Below, one piece after another: positions 41,871 to 55,662 of a DNA stretch of 64,000 nucleotides (position 1 is the first letter of the stretch; each line of letters starts with the position of its first letter). Where the stretch lies: positions 160,084,001 to 160,148,000 of the forward strand of contig OZ024743.1 in NCBI GenBank assembly GCA_964016885.1, read 5' to 3'. The DNA is from Eledone cirrhosa (lineage: Eukaryota). The notes below the pieces were generated by a model that was not told the DNA's origin, ran no database searches, and saw only the letters and a list, made by a program, of their open reading frames with translations. Position numbers and translations under genes: made by a program.

Positions 41871-41874
<4 letters not shown>

Positions 41875-42293
41875 TAAAAGGAAAAGAAAATGCTGACAAA
41901 TTGTTCCCAGTGAAAAATAGTTTAATTAGGAATAAGTAAAAATTAGTAATAGTATTGGTTAGTATTCAGTTTTGGTTTTAAGTTTTACCGGTTGCGCACT
42001 TCTAATGCATTTCAAAATAATTTTGAGAAAGAGCGCCCGTGATGTTTGCTCTGATTAATGTTTGCTCTGATTAGAGCAAACATCACGAGCGCTCTCTCTC
42101 AAAATTATTTTTGAAAAGCATTAGAAATGCGCAACCGGTAAAACTTGAAACCAAAACTGAATACTAACCAATACTATTACTAATTTTTACTTATTCCTAA
42201 TTAAACTATTTTTCACTGGGAACAATTTGTCAGCATTTTCTTTTCCTTTTACCAATATATCATAACTCGTGTGTTACACCTCTATTCTTTTAA
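41871..42293. mobile_element. Family-C fold-back element, second copy
   Basis: Same arms and tail as 31479-31890. Confidence 0.88.
42108..42143 (+). ncRNA. Hammerhead-like motif with U3-A8 and GCAA in place of GAAA (family C)
   Basis: ttt TTGAAAA GCAT tagaa ATGC GCAA ccgg TA aaa. Confidence 0.6.
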
Positions 42294-42343
<50 letters not shown>

Positions 42344-43698
42344 ATATGCATATGTATGCGTGTGTGTGTGTATGTGTGTAAGTGTGGTTTTGTGTATGTA
42401 TATATCACTTAGTCACATGACATCTATAAAATCATGGATTTTCTTTTATTTCTGTACTTTCCTCTCTCAGATAACATCATCAATATCATCATCATCACAA
42501 TCAATATTCTTGACATCGTCATTATTATCAACGTCATTATCATCCTTCTCATTATTTTGTAACTCACCAGGATTTCAGTGACGATATTCTTCTGCGAAAT
42601 AATGGAATTGGTTGTCTCCACGTCTTTCTCACAGCGCTACCAATTTTGTGAGTCAGAAAGAGTGAGTCAGAAAGTTAGAAAACTATACTAGTAATTGACT
42701 GATATTCAACTTCCTGAATCCCGGAAGGGCACAGGGAAAATTTTACTGCAATGGCATTTGAACTCGCAATAAAAAGATTCGCGTCAAATACTGCAAGTTA
42801 TTTGTTGCACAGTTCAAAAATTTTGGCGAATCCTACGCTACCAATATCTGTCCTTGTTTGATGAATTTTTCGCAGTATATTAACTCGAAGCTAACATTTT
42901 AGAAAAATTCCTTGTCCATGTGTATCGTCAGTCGATCCAAATTATAAATTATTTCAAAAGAGTTGTCATTAAGTAACCGCAGTCGTGTTTTGTTTACCCA
43001 TCATTTTTCCGGCAGTGCACGAATTTATCCATTGAGCCCTTCCTTGTGGAAGACATTGAGATATACCATTGCTGTTATATCTAGTCAGACAAATGACTGT
43101 GTAAAGGATCTCTCGTTGGTTTGTCGAATGAGTAGAAACGTTCTGGTGGTTAAAGAATCAGTATTGTCTGGGTATCTCTTTGCGAATGATAATTACATGC
43201 TGAAAACAGGTCTATGATAGATTACTTGTTCTAAGCAGCTGAGTGATAAGGGACTGGCTGTATGCAGACTGTTCTCGGTTAAGTGAATAACGGTGACGTC
43301 CATGTCACTCACCTTAGACTTATGGTTTGGTCTTTTCAATAACGCGACTAGTATTATTCTGTTTGAAGTTTTATCGCTAAATATTGATGTTGATTAGGTT
43401 ATCAATATTAATATTATTGGGCACCCACTGAAGAATTATAAGAGCCCACTTGAATAAGTATTTGTTGATCTTATATAAGATTCTACATAAATTGGTATAA
43501 TTTGACTCAACTTGTAGAAATCTTATAATGAAACGAGAAGGGATATATTTGATATATCTCACATGAAATGATACTGCCAGTTTTCCACACAATACAATTA
43601 GTTAGCACCCGAACGTTTAACTGGGAATATACTCAGGTATTTCCTAATGTTTGTTGAGTGAGTTGGGAGATAAGATGCATATGCTTTCTCCGATTCAG

Positions 43699-43730
<32 letters not shown>

Positions 43731-44440
43731 CATTTCTTTAGTTTCTTACAACATAGATATGCTTTAGTAAAATAATTAGGTTGTCCACTGAACTTCTTTG
43801 GAAAAGTGATATTTGTTATCCAAGTCTCTATTATGCACAGCTTTTGCTTATGTGTGATTATAGGGTGCGTTGGGAGATAAGATGCATATGAGAGGGAACT
43901 GTAATATCTGATGTTTGGATGTAATGTTTACATAAGTAAGATTGTAATTCGATCTGGTCACTGAGTTTGTGAGCAAGCAAATGTCACATTTCTCTGAGGC
44001 AACATCTCTTCCATTCTGTCAACTAAAACACAAGATGTCTACATATGACCACCCACACACAAGAGGAAAGTTACCCACACCTTTCGGTCCCGCATTTGGG
44101 TAGCGATTTTGAGTGGTTCTGCTGTTGAAGTTTCACGCTTCTTTGTGTTTTTCAGCCTTCTGTATTTTATATACGGAGCAATGTTTATAGTTTACTTTTA
44201 TAATTCGCTTGCTGGCCTTATAAATGTAGTTGCTATCAGTTGTTTAATAGAATTTTAATTTAACTCTGAATATTTCCATATTGTTTTGTGTTAGTGGTAT
44301 AAAGAGGTTTTATTCGGGTATTATTTTCCTATTGATTTAAGTGGTGCATTACTTATGCTATTACTTTTGGGTTCTACTAGAGGGAGGCGTGTTGAGTTGA
44401 TGTAAGATATTGAGGAATTATTTTTTAGGTATTTTATCAT

Positions 44441-44608
44441 AATTGTTTCTACTTTAGACACAAGGCCAGCAATAACCCAGTGCATTACTGGTACTTTATT
44501 TTATTGACCCCGTAAGGATGAAAGGCAAAGTCAACCTCGACGGGATTTGAACTCAGATCATAAAGGGACGTAACTATGCTGGAAAGCATGGTGTCCGACC
44601 CTCTCCTA
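44441..44608 (-). mobile_element. SINE
   Basis: Family core; ttatcataat on both sides. Confidence 0.88.
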
Positions 44609-44882
44609 ATTATCATAATACATTCTTTATTATGATAGCTCTGTGCTCAGTTGGGAGTGGTATTATATTTTTCTTTGCCTTAATTCGAATACTTTCTTGA
44701 TAAAGCGATGTGTACTTATTCATATGTGGTTGTTAATTTTATTTACTGCAAAAGGCTTAGTTCTTTTAATTGTTATTGCATGGGAATTTTCGATAAATCC
44801 TAATTGTATTTTCCTTAATTTTGTTAATTACTTTTTAATTATTTTGTGGATAGTCTTGAAACTCGTATACTTAAATCATATT

Positions 44883-45070
44883 TGTTTCTACGTTAGGCAC
44901 AAGGCCAGCAATTACCCAGTGTATTACTGGTACTTTATTTTATCGACCCCGTAAGGATGAAAGGCAAAGTTAACCTCGGCGGGATTTGAACTCAGATCAT
45001 AAAGGGCCGTAACTCTTTGCTGCAAAGCATAGCGTCCGACCCTCTACCGATACTGCCAATCCACCGCCCA
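44883..45070 (-). mobile_element. Full-length SINE with TSD
   Basis: acttaaatcatatt at ~44870 and ~45072. Confidence 0.92.
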
Positions 45071-45505
45071 ACTTAAATCATATTGATACATATTTGCAAG
45101 GGATTGTTAGAACTTTTACTTTTCTAAACATAATTTCATAGGTATTGCCAAGACATATTGAAATATGTTTTCCGAAATTTTGATTTATTTATTGATTAAT
45201 TTATCTATCTATTAATCAAATAACGAAACGAAATTAAATTTCGTTTCGTTTGTAACTCACTTTTGTATGACTGACGCTTAAACAATTAAGTTAAAAATGT
45301 ACATCTACATATGCATACTGAAATACTAGTGTGTATATGAATACACACACGTATACATATGTAGGTGTACCAAGTCTTTCACTGGTCGCTTTGCAGTGAG
45401 CGGCCAGCTATTCTGTATGTAAACACACAGACAAACCGGTTTTTAGAGTCATACTAGTTTTTCGGGGGAACACCTTCCCCCTATTCTCCAGAAAGCCAGA
45501 CAAGG

Positions 45506-45550
45506 AATATTGAACTAGTTTCGTTGTTGTTACAACTCATCAGCAATATT
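45506..45550 (-). ncRNA. Minimal hammerhead ribozyme on an extended stem I (45483-45578)
   Basis: aatattg CTGATGA GTTG taacaa CAAC GAAA ctag TT caatatt. Outer stem attctccagaaag/ctttctggagaat. Confidence 0.85.
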
Positions 45551-45804
45551 TACCTATCTACCGGCCTTTCTGGAGAATTGTAAAAGCACATATCGTTATA
45601 TGCTTTTTCTATGAAAATTAGTAGTGGGCAGACTAATTTATCTATTAATCATTATGTTGGTAGTGTTAATGCACACATCTGCATGTGATATATACAGAGA
45701 CAATAGATGCACATTATTCATAGATATATATGTATGTATATCATATGTACATATACACATATACACAGTATATACGTATAACACCCACATATACCCAAAA
45801 TATA

Positions 45805-45920
<116 letters not shown>

Positions 45921-46467
45921 ATATATATATATATATATAATAATAAATAAATACATACACCAGCACAATAACAACAAACACATAAACACACACTAGTCAC
46001 CCAATCACGAACACACATCAAACAAAACACTATACACACACGCAAACGCATGCGCAAAGAAGACAAAATAAAATAAACAAACAAGCAAATAAATAAATAA
46101 ATATATAGACAGACTAAATAAAAATGACGTAGACATACAATGCAACGGGAAGAAACAATAGCTCCACTGACGATGTTGCAGATGTGCAACGAAAGATTTA
46201 TGATAAACTATATATATGTGTTTGTGTCTATATTGTATCTGTATTATTTTTGATCGTCGGTCAGTCAATGGCAACATTGAGGACCGAGTAAATTAGATTA
46301 CCGATATAAAAGACACAGAAGCGAAAAGCGAAAACCAACCAAACAGTCAGTGTGTTCTGTTATTAATTCTGGCAATATTGCACAAATATGACCCTCCCCA
46401 AGTATAACAATATTTGTTTCGACACACGATTTCATATAAAAAACCTCGCAAAACTAATTCATCGCCG

Positions 46468-46507
<40 letters not shown>

Positions 46508-46658
46508 TTATATCAGATCTATACATTACACAGCACAAATTACAGATTAGACATACACTGCAGATCAAATCGGGTCGTTTGTTTATAAACGAAACGAACA
46601 TTAGTATTAATGTTCGTTACAACCCATACGCACATATGCATACGTATATATGTGTGTG

Positions 46659-46745
<87 letters not shown>

Positions 46746-46849
46746 GTGTGTATGTGTGTGTCTATGTATGTGTGTGTGTACGTGTGCATACTTACATTTA
46801 CGTATGAGCTGTGCTAGGGAGAGAAATGAGGCTACTCAGCGAGTGTGTA

Positions 46850-47088
46850 CTAAAGAAAATACTATATATTTTCAACCATTCAACAGACTGTCACAGGTAT
46901 ACAGTCCTGATGAAGGGAAATGACCCAGAAATATGCTGATTGTTCCTCAAAGCCAGTGTTGAATAAACGGGTGACGATCGGTCACAGGCACGACACACCT
47001 TCAAATCGAGCCGTTTGTTTACAAGCAAATCGAACATTATTATTACTGTTCGATATAGCTCATACATACATATGTATATGCATATTTG

Positions 47089-47095
<7 letters not shown>
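46850..47095 (+). mobile_element. Diverged family-A-like element with degenerate HHR (46901-46943)
   Basis: aggtat acagtc CTGATGA a GGG aaatga CCC a GAAA tatg ct gattgt tcct. Downstream gtttgtttacaa..cattattat..tgttcg as in family A. Confidence 0.7.
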
Positions 47096-47182
<87 letters not shown>

Positions 47183-47198
47183 ACTGTGTGTGTGTGTG

Positions 47199-47276
<78 letters not shown>

Positions 47277-47542
47277 TGAGTGTACGTGAGCAAACTTATA
47301 TATATGTATATATATATATATCAACTAGAAATAGATTGACATATATATATATATATATAAAATAAACATATGGAACAATCGCAGGGAATAATTTGTAATG
47401 TATGTAAGCACACATAACTAGGTAGGTAACCAATTAAAGTGTAACTAGAACTTCAAATATAGATACCTTTTAAAAGATACCTTTCTCTCCGACATGACAA
47501 CCCTTAATTTAATTTTGTATATATATATATATATATATATTA

Positions 47543-47790
47543 AGACAGGGGGGAAGAAAAAATGGCTTCACTTGTGCTTTCAACAAATTTATTTTCTTCA
47601 CAAAATCCAAAAAGAATTTTTCTTAAAAAAATTATTTTATAAATTAAGTTGTTGGTTTAAAATAATTTTTTTAAGAAAAATTCTTTTGGGATTTTGTGAA
47701 GAAAATAAATTTGTTGAAAGCACAAGTGAAGCCATTTTTTCTTCCCCCCTGTATTAATATACCTAACTGTACCAAGGATTACACACATTT

Positions 47791-47795
<5 letters not shown>
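47543..47795. mobile_element. Fold-back element (~95-bp arms plus tail) in (TA)n
   Basis: acagggggaagaaaaaatggcttcacttgtgc... and its reverse complement ending at 47752. Confidence 0.8.
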
Positions 47796-47825
<30 letters not shown>

Positions 47826-47877
47826 TAAAGATAAAAATGTAAAGTTGAAGATGTTAGAGTCCTATATTAATTGAGGC

Positions 47878-47922
47878 GTTATATATATTTCAATGACGAT
47901 AAACATCGTGATCTCTTCAGAC
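47878..47922 (-). ncRNA. Hammerhead-like motif near a TA-anchored element end
   Basis: gt CTGAAGA gat cACGAT gttt ATCGT catt GAAA tatata TA ac. Confidence 0.55.
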
Positions 47923-48252
47923 AGCAAAAATTGCATAAAAAGGTAACATTTCTGAGGCAATTTTAGGTGGAAGGGAGCAGTCTAAAAAGAAATATGTCTT
48001 TGCTATGTTTGTACGCCTCCTTCTGGTTTCAGGTCATCGCGACAGCTCTAAGGAGGTGGGAGACTGGTAGATGGAGAGAACATACAAGGCTGGTAGTATT
48101 CTGGGTGTAGGTAAGTGGTCAGCTGCCCACACCACTACGACTGCGCAGTGTTGTTGGGATGACCTGAAACCAGAAGGGGGCGGACAACCAAAGCAAAATC
48201 ACGTGTGTAATTATATATTTAGTGTAAAAATATATTAAAGATTGGAGTCATT

Positions 48253-48416
48253 AGTTGTTTCTATTTTTGGCACAAGGCAAGCAATTAATCCAGTGCATTA
48301 CTGGTACTTTATTTTATCGACCCCGTAAGGATTTGAACGCAGAACGCAAAGGGACGTAACTATATGCTGCAAAGCATGGTGTCCGACCCTCTAATGATAC
48401 TGCCAATCCACCACCC
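48253..48416 (-). mobile_element. SINE with TSD agattggagtca
   Basis: Family core with an internal deletion and a duplicated flank. Confidence 0.88.
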
Positions 48417-48693
48417 TAGATTGGAGTCAATAATGGTATGTTAAAACACGGTGTATTGATTTTTTCTATCATTCATGTACTCACACATGCACATACTACA
48501 ACCATACATACGCATTCAGACTGTTATGCACCTATGTACGCGTGTTGTACATATTTATATATATAGATAGAGAGATAGATAGATATGTGTGTGTGTATAT
48601 ATGTGTGTGTATGTGTGTGTGTGTGGGGGGGGGGGTGCGCGCGCGTGTGTGTGCGCGCGTGTGTGTGCCTGTGTGTGTGTGTGTGTATATATA

Positions 48694-48837
48694 TAATTGT
48701 TTCTACTTTTGGCACAAGGACAGCAATTATCTCAGTGAATTTCTGGTACTTTATTTTATCGGCGGGATTTGAACACAGTCCGTAAAGCGCTGTAGCTCTA
48801 TGCTGCAAACTGTACCGATATTGGAAATCTATCGCCC
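48694..48837 (-). mobile_element. SINE (internally deleted)
   Basis: Family 3' end and B box. Confidence 0.75.
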
Positions 48838-48896
48838 TTCATATATTTAAATAATATAAGCGTACACACACCGATTAGATCACTATTCCTTCCATT

Positions 48897-48932
<36 letters not shown>

Positions 48933-48933
<1 letters not shown>

Positions 48934-49356
48934 CGTTTATCGTTTTCGGTGCACCCGGCCGATTAACCCACTCGATATGCAAATTGGGCTACTCCACCGT
49001 TAATATGCATAAGGTAAGTATATACGTTCAACAATCTGGCAGGAAGATATACGTTGCTGACGATAGCTAATAAGCTTGAAACTAGTACAGCGTTCCTTTG
49101 TCAGTGTTGAACAAATGAGCAACGATGGTTGCTAGACACTACGGGTTAATTCGGGATGTTTGTTTACAAACACACCGAGCATTATGATAAATGTTCGGTG
49201 AATCCATACGTACATATATATATGTGTGCATGTATGTATATATATATACATACTACTATACGTCTGTATACATATATATATGTACGTGTACATACTTATA
49301 TTTAAGTAACAGTCGTACTAAGAGTGGGAAATGAAATTTCGTTTCATTTTTTCCGT
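48933..49356 (+). mobile_element. Family-A ~420-bp monomer bounded by (TA)n
   Basis: Runs from tttatcgttttcggt to gaaatgaaatttcgtttcattttttccg, the same ends that are joined head-to-tail at ~20490. Confidence 0.85.
49051..49093 (+). ncRNA. Canonical minimal hammerhead ribozyme (family A)
   Basis: acgttg CTGACGA t AGCT aata AGCT t GAAA ctag TA cagcgt. 6-bp stem I, GUA site. Confidence 0.88.
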
Positions 49357-49515
49357 ATATATATATATATATAAACGTGAATGAAGGGATTAGTGAGATA
49401 ATCGGTATGTCGACTTGTATATCTATGTATTTTTCTATATACATAAATATATCTATATATATATTTATTTTTCTATGTACATGAATATATATCTATATAT
49501 ATATAACTATATATA

Positions 49516-49590
<75 letters not shown>

Positions 49591-49849
49591 TGTGTTCTTC
49601 TGTTTTGGGGGTTCCTGCGCGTATAACATGTGAATATTCATAAACGTTATCCATATAATCTCAACACACATATATATGCATATTTCTTTCTGAAATTGGA
49701 CCCGTACAAGTTAGCACTGGTCGATACATAGATAGATAAATGGACATATAGTTATTGACCGATTCCAATTTAAGAAAAACCGTCTGAAACAGAAATTCGT
49801 CTGGACCCTTAACAAATAAAATAAAACAGGGAATAGTGCTAAGCGTGAT

Positions 49850-51800
49850 GACAACACTTCTCTCTGCCACACCACTTCCCACGTTAATATTGTCGAGATC
49901 CATCAGGTTGACCGCTACAAACACGGCAACGACAAGCCTACCGACTCTGTGAATACCACCACCGTTGACAGGCCGTTCGATAACCAACACTTCGTCATCA
50001 ACCTAAACCTGTCTCTTTCCAACAATTAACTGCATCACTTCCGCCTCAGACCCACGTTCATCCTGACGCAACGACTCGGCAACGCATTCTCTTACATGGA
50101 CAAACTCGACAGCGGAATACTCAGATCCTGCAACACCTGCGCTTTCTTTGCTAGATATGTTGCCGATATACTCATACTCACATTATCTAGGGAGAATGCC
50201 AACAGAATCCAAAAGGTCTTTCAACAACGCTTATAGAAACATCAGGTTTGGAATGGAACATCTTACCGACTCCTAGTCCCTCATCCTGCTCGACTTCAGT
50301 GAAATCCACAGCGATTTCTACCGGAAAGCTGCCAGCAGAGACCTTTTCGCCCACTATAAATCTGCTTCGAAAAGAGGGTTTATTTCTAAGGAAATTACTC
50401 GTATACGCAACCGATGCATCGACGTTACGAATAGAGCCACTCATATCAGACGGTTCCGCAGGGTGTTAGAGTCGAATGTCTATCCAGATTAATTCTCCAC
50501 CCTACAACGGAATCCCAGACACAGGGAAAGCACCAACACAGACACTAGTTGCTTCCGCATGATCGACACCTCAGCAAATCAACTACCACTGCCATACGCA
50601 AAGCCATCAGGAGAGACGGCCTCAGTATCAGATTAGCTCACTCGGGACATTCCCTGAGGAGATGCCTATCCACAAGACCCCCCCCCCTCCCCTCTATTGA
50701 AGATAACGAAAGCAGCTTAGCCATTTGCTCTATCCGCAACACTATGTTTCCTACATGGTATACAGGTTAGAATGTGACATGTGTAACCAATTCTACAATG
50801 ACAGCACTATTCGATCATTGCATCGAATTAAAGATCACATCAACACCAATTCCTCTTTCTTCAGCAAACACATAATCAAATGCGGAAACGAGGACTGTAA
50901 AATAACCACTACCATCTTTTCTACCGAATGTGGTATAGGCATGCTGAAAAATCAAGATTAAGCAACTAAAGCCGATCATCAATAATGGAATAGTAAGGAA
51001 TGCACCACAATGGCTAATCTTGTCCAACCTAATTATGCCACATGGCCAACATCCCAGCTGCCCGGTCTACGTTCGATTCTTAGCCTAAGTCGACACGACT
51101 AATGCTGGCAGCATGAACATTCCTGACTGGCTCTGAGTGTGTCACCTAGCAGACCAACTACATACGCACCCCTTGTATTACCTTACTCTAACAAATAGTG
51201 TATTATTAATATCATTATTATTCACTCACGTACACACACACATATATATATATATATTTATACATACACCTACCCAATTCTGCTCTGTATACACACATAC
51301 ACACCCTTATATTAACATACTTTTGCTCATAGCTTCGTATTACATGCACACACACTCTTTTACTCACATATACACACACATTTCTTCTTAGCTTCGTACG
51401 GAAGTATAATAACACACACACATACACACTCACACACGCTCACACACAAACACATGCTTACACACGTGCTCAAATACAGCTCTTTTTACAAAACGTTTCT
51501 TTTCCATTTCAGGTAGACACGCTCCATCATCCACTTTTCTAAAATATAAATCATACACAAAACGCCAGCACCAAGAATTTTGCAAGAGATGTCAACATGG
51601 ATGGACCTGTTATTGTTATCTAAAGACATTTTTTCCAATTCCATCTCGCCCGTCCCCTCAATCTTTCTTATTTCTCATTCTTCATCTGATGAAGGACTAG
51701 CGTCCGAAACTTTAAGGCTCTCTTACTGCTATATCAAGCGTTAACCTCATATATCCCTTACATATACTGTACCGATTGTGTTGTTATTTCGATTGCTTAT
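49850..51800 (+). mobile_element. Decayed Penelope-like element (RT C-half, GIY-YIG, CA-rich UTR, HHR)
   Basis: FFARYVADILI, FNNAY.NIRF.MEH, LLDF, FYRKAASRDLFAHYKSA, VYRLECDMCNQFY..STIRSLHRIKDH. Confidence 0.8.
51685..51718 (+). ncRNA. Minimal hammerhead motif (partly decayed)
   Basis: CTGATGA a GGAC tagc GTCC GAAA ctttaag. Core and stem II are intact; stems I and III are imperfect. Confidence 0.6.
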
Positions 51801-51947
51801 ATATATATATATATCAACGCTTACGTGGACCTCTCAAAATTCGTTGGATTTTCTAATTGGATTTTCACCCCGAAACTGGATACCAACCCGGAGTACACCT
51901 GAACCTTCACCAGGAAATATTTCGTATCGTAGAAATTGCCTTTGCTT

Positions 51948-52006
<59 letters not shown>

Positions 52007-52141
52007 TACTAGGGAGAGGATCAGGGGTGTATGACACTCCACTTATCCAGCAGGCAGTATAAGGTTAGCTCGATGTCTGAGGACAGAGCCGTGATATAAT
52101 AAATAACAAAGAACGCCTATAGTATATGCATATCTTTACTT

Positions 52142-52185
52142 GCTAACATTGTTTCATCCGCACTATAAGTGGGACTCATCAGAGC
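52142..52185 (-). ncRNA. Minimal hammerhead ribozyme
   Basis: gct CTGATGA g TCC CACT tat AGTG c GGA t GAAA caatg TT agc. Confidence 0.75.
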
Positions 52186-52744
52186 ATAAAGGTTAATTAC
52201 ATACCATACAAGCAATAACAAATCCAAGACATTGAAGAATGAAAAATAATAGAAGATAAAGGATATTAAGGAAGTAAAAGTAAAAATAAGAATAAAAATA
52301 AAAATAAAAATAAAAATAAAAAATAAAAATAAAAATAATAAAATAAACAATGAAAAATAAGGGGTGCTATCAGTCACAGTTGGGCGGGGTGCTGTCAACA
52401 TATAGTTACATACAAGCATACACATGGATAAGAGAACAGACACGAGTAGATAAGATAGATAGGATTAGGTAAGAGTAGGTAAAAAATAGGTGAAAAACAG
52501 ACTTATAATATATATAAGAAAATATAAAGAAATATATAACAAACTTACATATAAAATATAAAATATACAGATAATAGTGATACAGGGTAAGGAATGAAAT
52601 AAAATAATATAAAATTAAAATTAAAATTATATAAAATAGAACATAATATAATATAATCATAAAATAAGATAAGATAAGGTAAACTAAAATAAAATAAAAT
52701 AGACTAAAGTAAAATAATATAATATAAGATATAATTAAATGTAA

Positions 52745-52780
<36 letters not shown>

Positions 52781-52859
52781 AATTAAATAAATAAATAAAA
52801 TTAAAATTAAAATTAAATTTAAATAAATAAATAAATAAATAAATAAGTAAACAAATAAG

Positions 52860-52890
<31 letters not shown>

Positions 52891-54395
52891 ATGAAATTAA
52901 ATAAGTAAATAAATAGAATTAGATAAAATGAAATGAAATAAAATAAAATAAAATGAAATAAAGTAAATTGAGATAAGATATATATTTTTTTAGAATATAT
53001 CTCTTGAATATATCAGGGGCCCACGAAGGCACTAAGTGTCACAGTTATCTGTATCACTTGACCATTTTTTTTTTTTAAATATATTTCTTGAAAATATCAG
53101 GGGCCCACGAAGGCACTAAGTGTCACAGTCACCAGTATCACTTGACCATTGCAAGGCAATGGAGACGTCCCAGGTTGGGCAGTCTCAAAAGTTCACTCGA
53201 AAGTCACGGGTGTGCATTCACACAGTTGAGCGGTGGGGTAATCACAAACCGGTTCACACCCGGGCAGGAGTCCAATGGTCAGAGAGAGGTGCATCGAAGG
53301 AAGGTAGGAGAATTCACGTGCATTAGCAAGCGAGGTGCAGGCGGGTTAGCCAAAGCTAGCAGACACAGTTGGAGCGCATACAAAAGATATATAAAAATAC
53401 AAAAGATATATAAAAAATAGCTTCAAGAGCCATGAAGTCACCGCATTGGGACATCACAAGATTGTACACATCAATATGTTCAGCACGTATATGTACATAT
53501 ACACACCACATGCATATGCAGAGACGGTATACATATATATATATATTTTTTTTTATATACAGACATATACAACCACCTACACCCATACACATATAAATGT
53601 ATACACAGACACACACGCACACACACACAGCGTAGGACACCCGGGTCAAAGCTGATATTAAACACCGAAATACCACATTAGGCAAGACCCACCACCACGG
53701 ATAATACATTCAAAATAAATACATACGATGAGATGTAGTAAAATAAAGTTGAATTCCTACGGAGATAATCGTGTCCGCACGTGCCATTGCCCGATTCAAG
53801 TGTACACATACCGTTAGTAACTACGGAGGGCTATCGGGGCCAAAACGTTACTTTCGGGATCATAACAACGACCGTCAATATACGGAAGGCCGATCGTGCT
53901 AGAAAGACTACAACCCCGGGCAAGAGCTCCCAGAAGTCAGCCTGTAGATCTTAGACCACAGAATATGAGGGCAACACATACATGCGCCACGTATCTACTG
54001 CTTACGGCGGGATGGCACAGGTCCGCCCACAGTTACAGGCTAAATTTCTATTAGTGCAGCCTATATCACAGTACACGCTCTACATAGATACATTACATCA
54101 CAACTCATGCGCATACAGAGGTACAGATCCACAAGATATACGTCAGGATAGACCCACCAATGCACCAATGGTGGGTAGGCGAGCGTGGATGGGTTACATC
54201 CGCTGTGCCAAACAGGGGTGCTTATTAACATACACACCCACTCACCTGTACACCCCAATATCCAGATCAATATCCTCCCCCAGGCATACGTATACACTCA
54301 CCGACTCATATACATAGAAGACCAACAATAGGAGACAGTTACACACAATCAGAGACAGTTACACAAGATAGCCCAACTGGAGAAATAAGGAAGTG

Positions 54396-55662
54396 CTAGC
54401 TAACAGGTTTAAAGTAGAAGAAAGAGCTTAATATTCGGTGGGGGCAAGAGGAAAATATTTCAGACTTTCTATTTAGTAGAGGGCATTTAGCAAATATAAT
54501 AGAGTGGGATTCGGCAAGGCATAGGTTACATACTCTATTATGAGGAGTATATGGATGGGATTTAGCAACCTGCCGCCAAGTAAGTGTGTAATGTGTTCGT
54601 GCATTTTTTAAATTATGGACGTACGCTGCCAAGGAGGTGGAGTTCCTCAGTTTATTATGTCTAAAAGTGCATTGGTGAGAGTTAAACCTGGTCTTAAAGG
54701 GGGTGGAGGTTGATCCTATATAGGTTTTAGTGGACGCCGTAGTTACCACATCACATGCATAAACTATGTTTCTAACAAGGCAGAAACCATTCAGGGGGCA
54801 GCCTGAAGCCCTTCTACAGTTACAACCTCTGGTGATGCTATTCTCAGAATGATCACCACTTGTGTTTCTGCCCACTCTGTCCACTACCATGTTTTCCCCT
54901 AGGCTTAGGTTGTCCAGGCCTTCCTTTATTTTCTTATTATTAGTAATGGCCAGATGAGAGGCCAGATTTTGGGTTGTAGAATACGAAAGTTTAACAACAT
55001 TCTTATTGAGGATAGAGTGGTACCTATTACCAGGAGGGAAGTTCCTTTCTAACACAGAGAAGAAGGCCCTAGGAATGTTTATAGCCACTTCAGAATTAAA
55101 AGGGGGGTTGAAGTATGTATTCAATCTTCTTCTATTCTTTTTATTCTTTCTATTTCCATCACTATTATTAGCATTATTATTTCTACGGTTACTATGCTCA
55201 CCTAGTCTATGCGGGGAGCTGCGAGGCCTACCATTGCTATTACTTAGACTAATGGTGCCCTGCTGGTTCATTCCACCGGCATTTAGAAACCTCCCATTCG
55301 CGACACCTCTATTGCTATTACTTAGACTAATGGTGCCCTGCTGCTTCATTCCACCGGCATTTAGAACCCTCCCATTCGCGACACCTCCATTACCAATGGA
55401 CATATTATGTGTTATAACAACACTGGTAGAGCTACTATTAGGACTATTATTTCCCTGGGTGTAATACAATTTGTCCCTAAAGCCGGATCTAGCTAAGGCA
55501 TCATTATAGTAATCAGCCTGCGAGTCAAACGCCTCCTCACTATGTGAGAGTGAACTTATTCTGTTAGATACGCCCTTCAGTATACCGCTGATGACCGACC
55601 TAGGGTGGTTAGAGTTGGTATTCACGTAAGTCAGCAATTCATTAGGCTTATGGTACGGTGTG

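Noticed and set aside
53000-53150. 65-bp direct duplication
   Set aside because: A local tandem duplication in a PLE UTR with no structural or functional signal.
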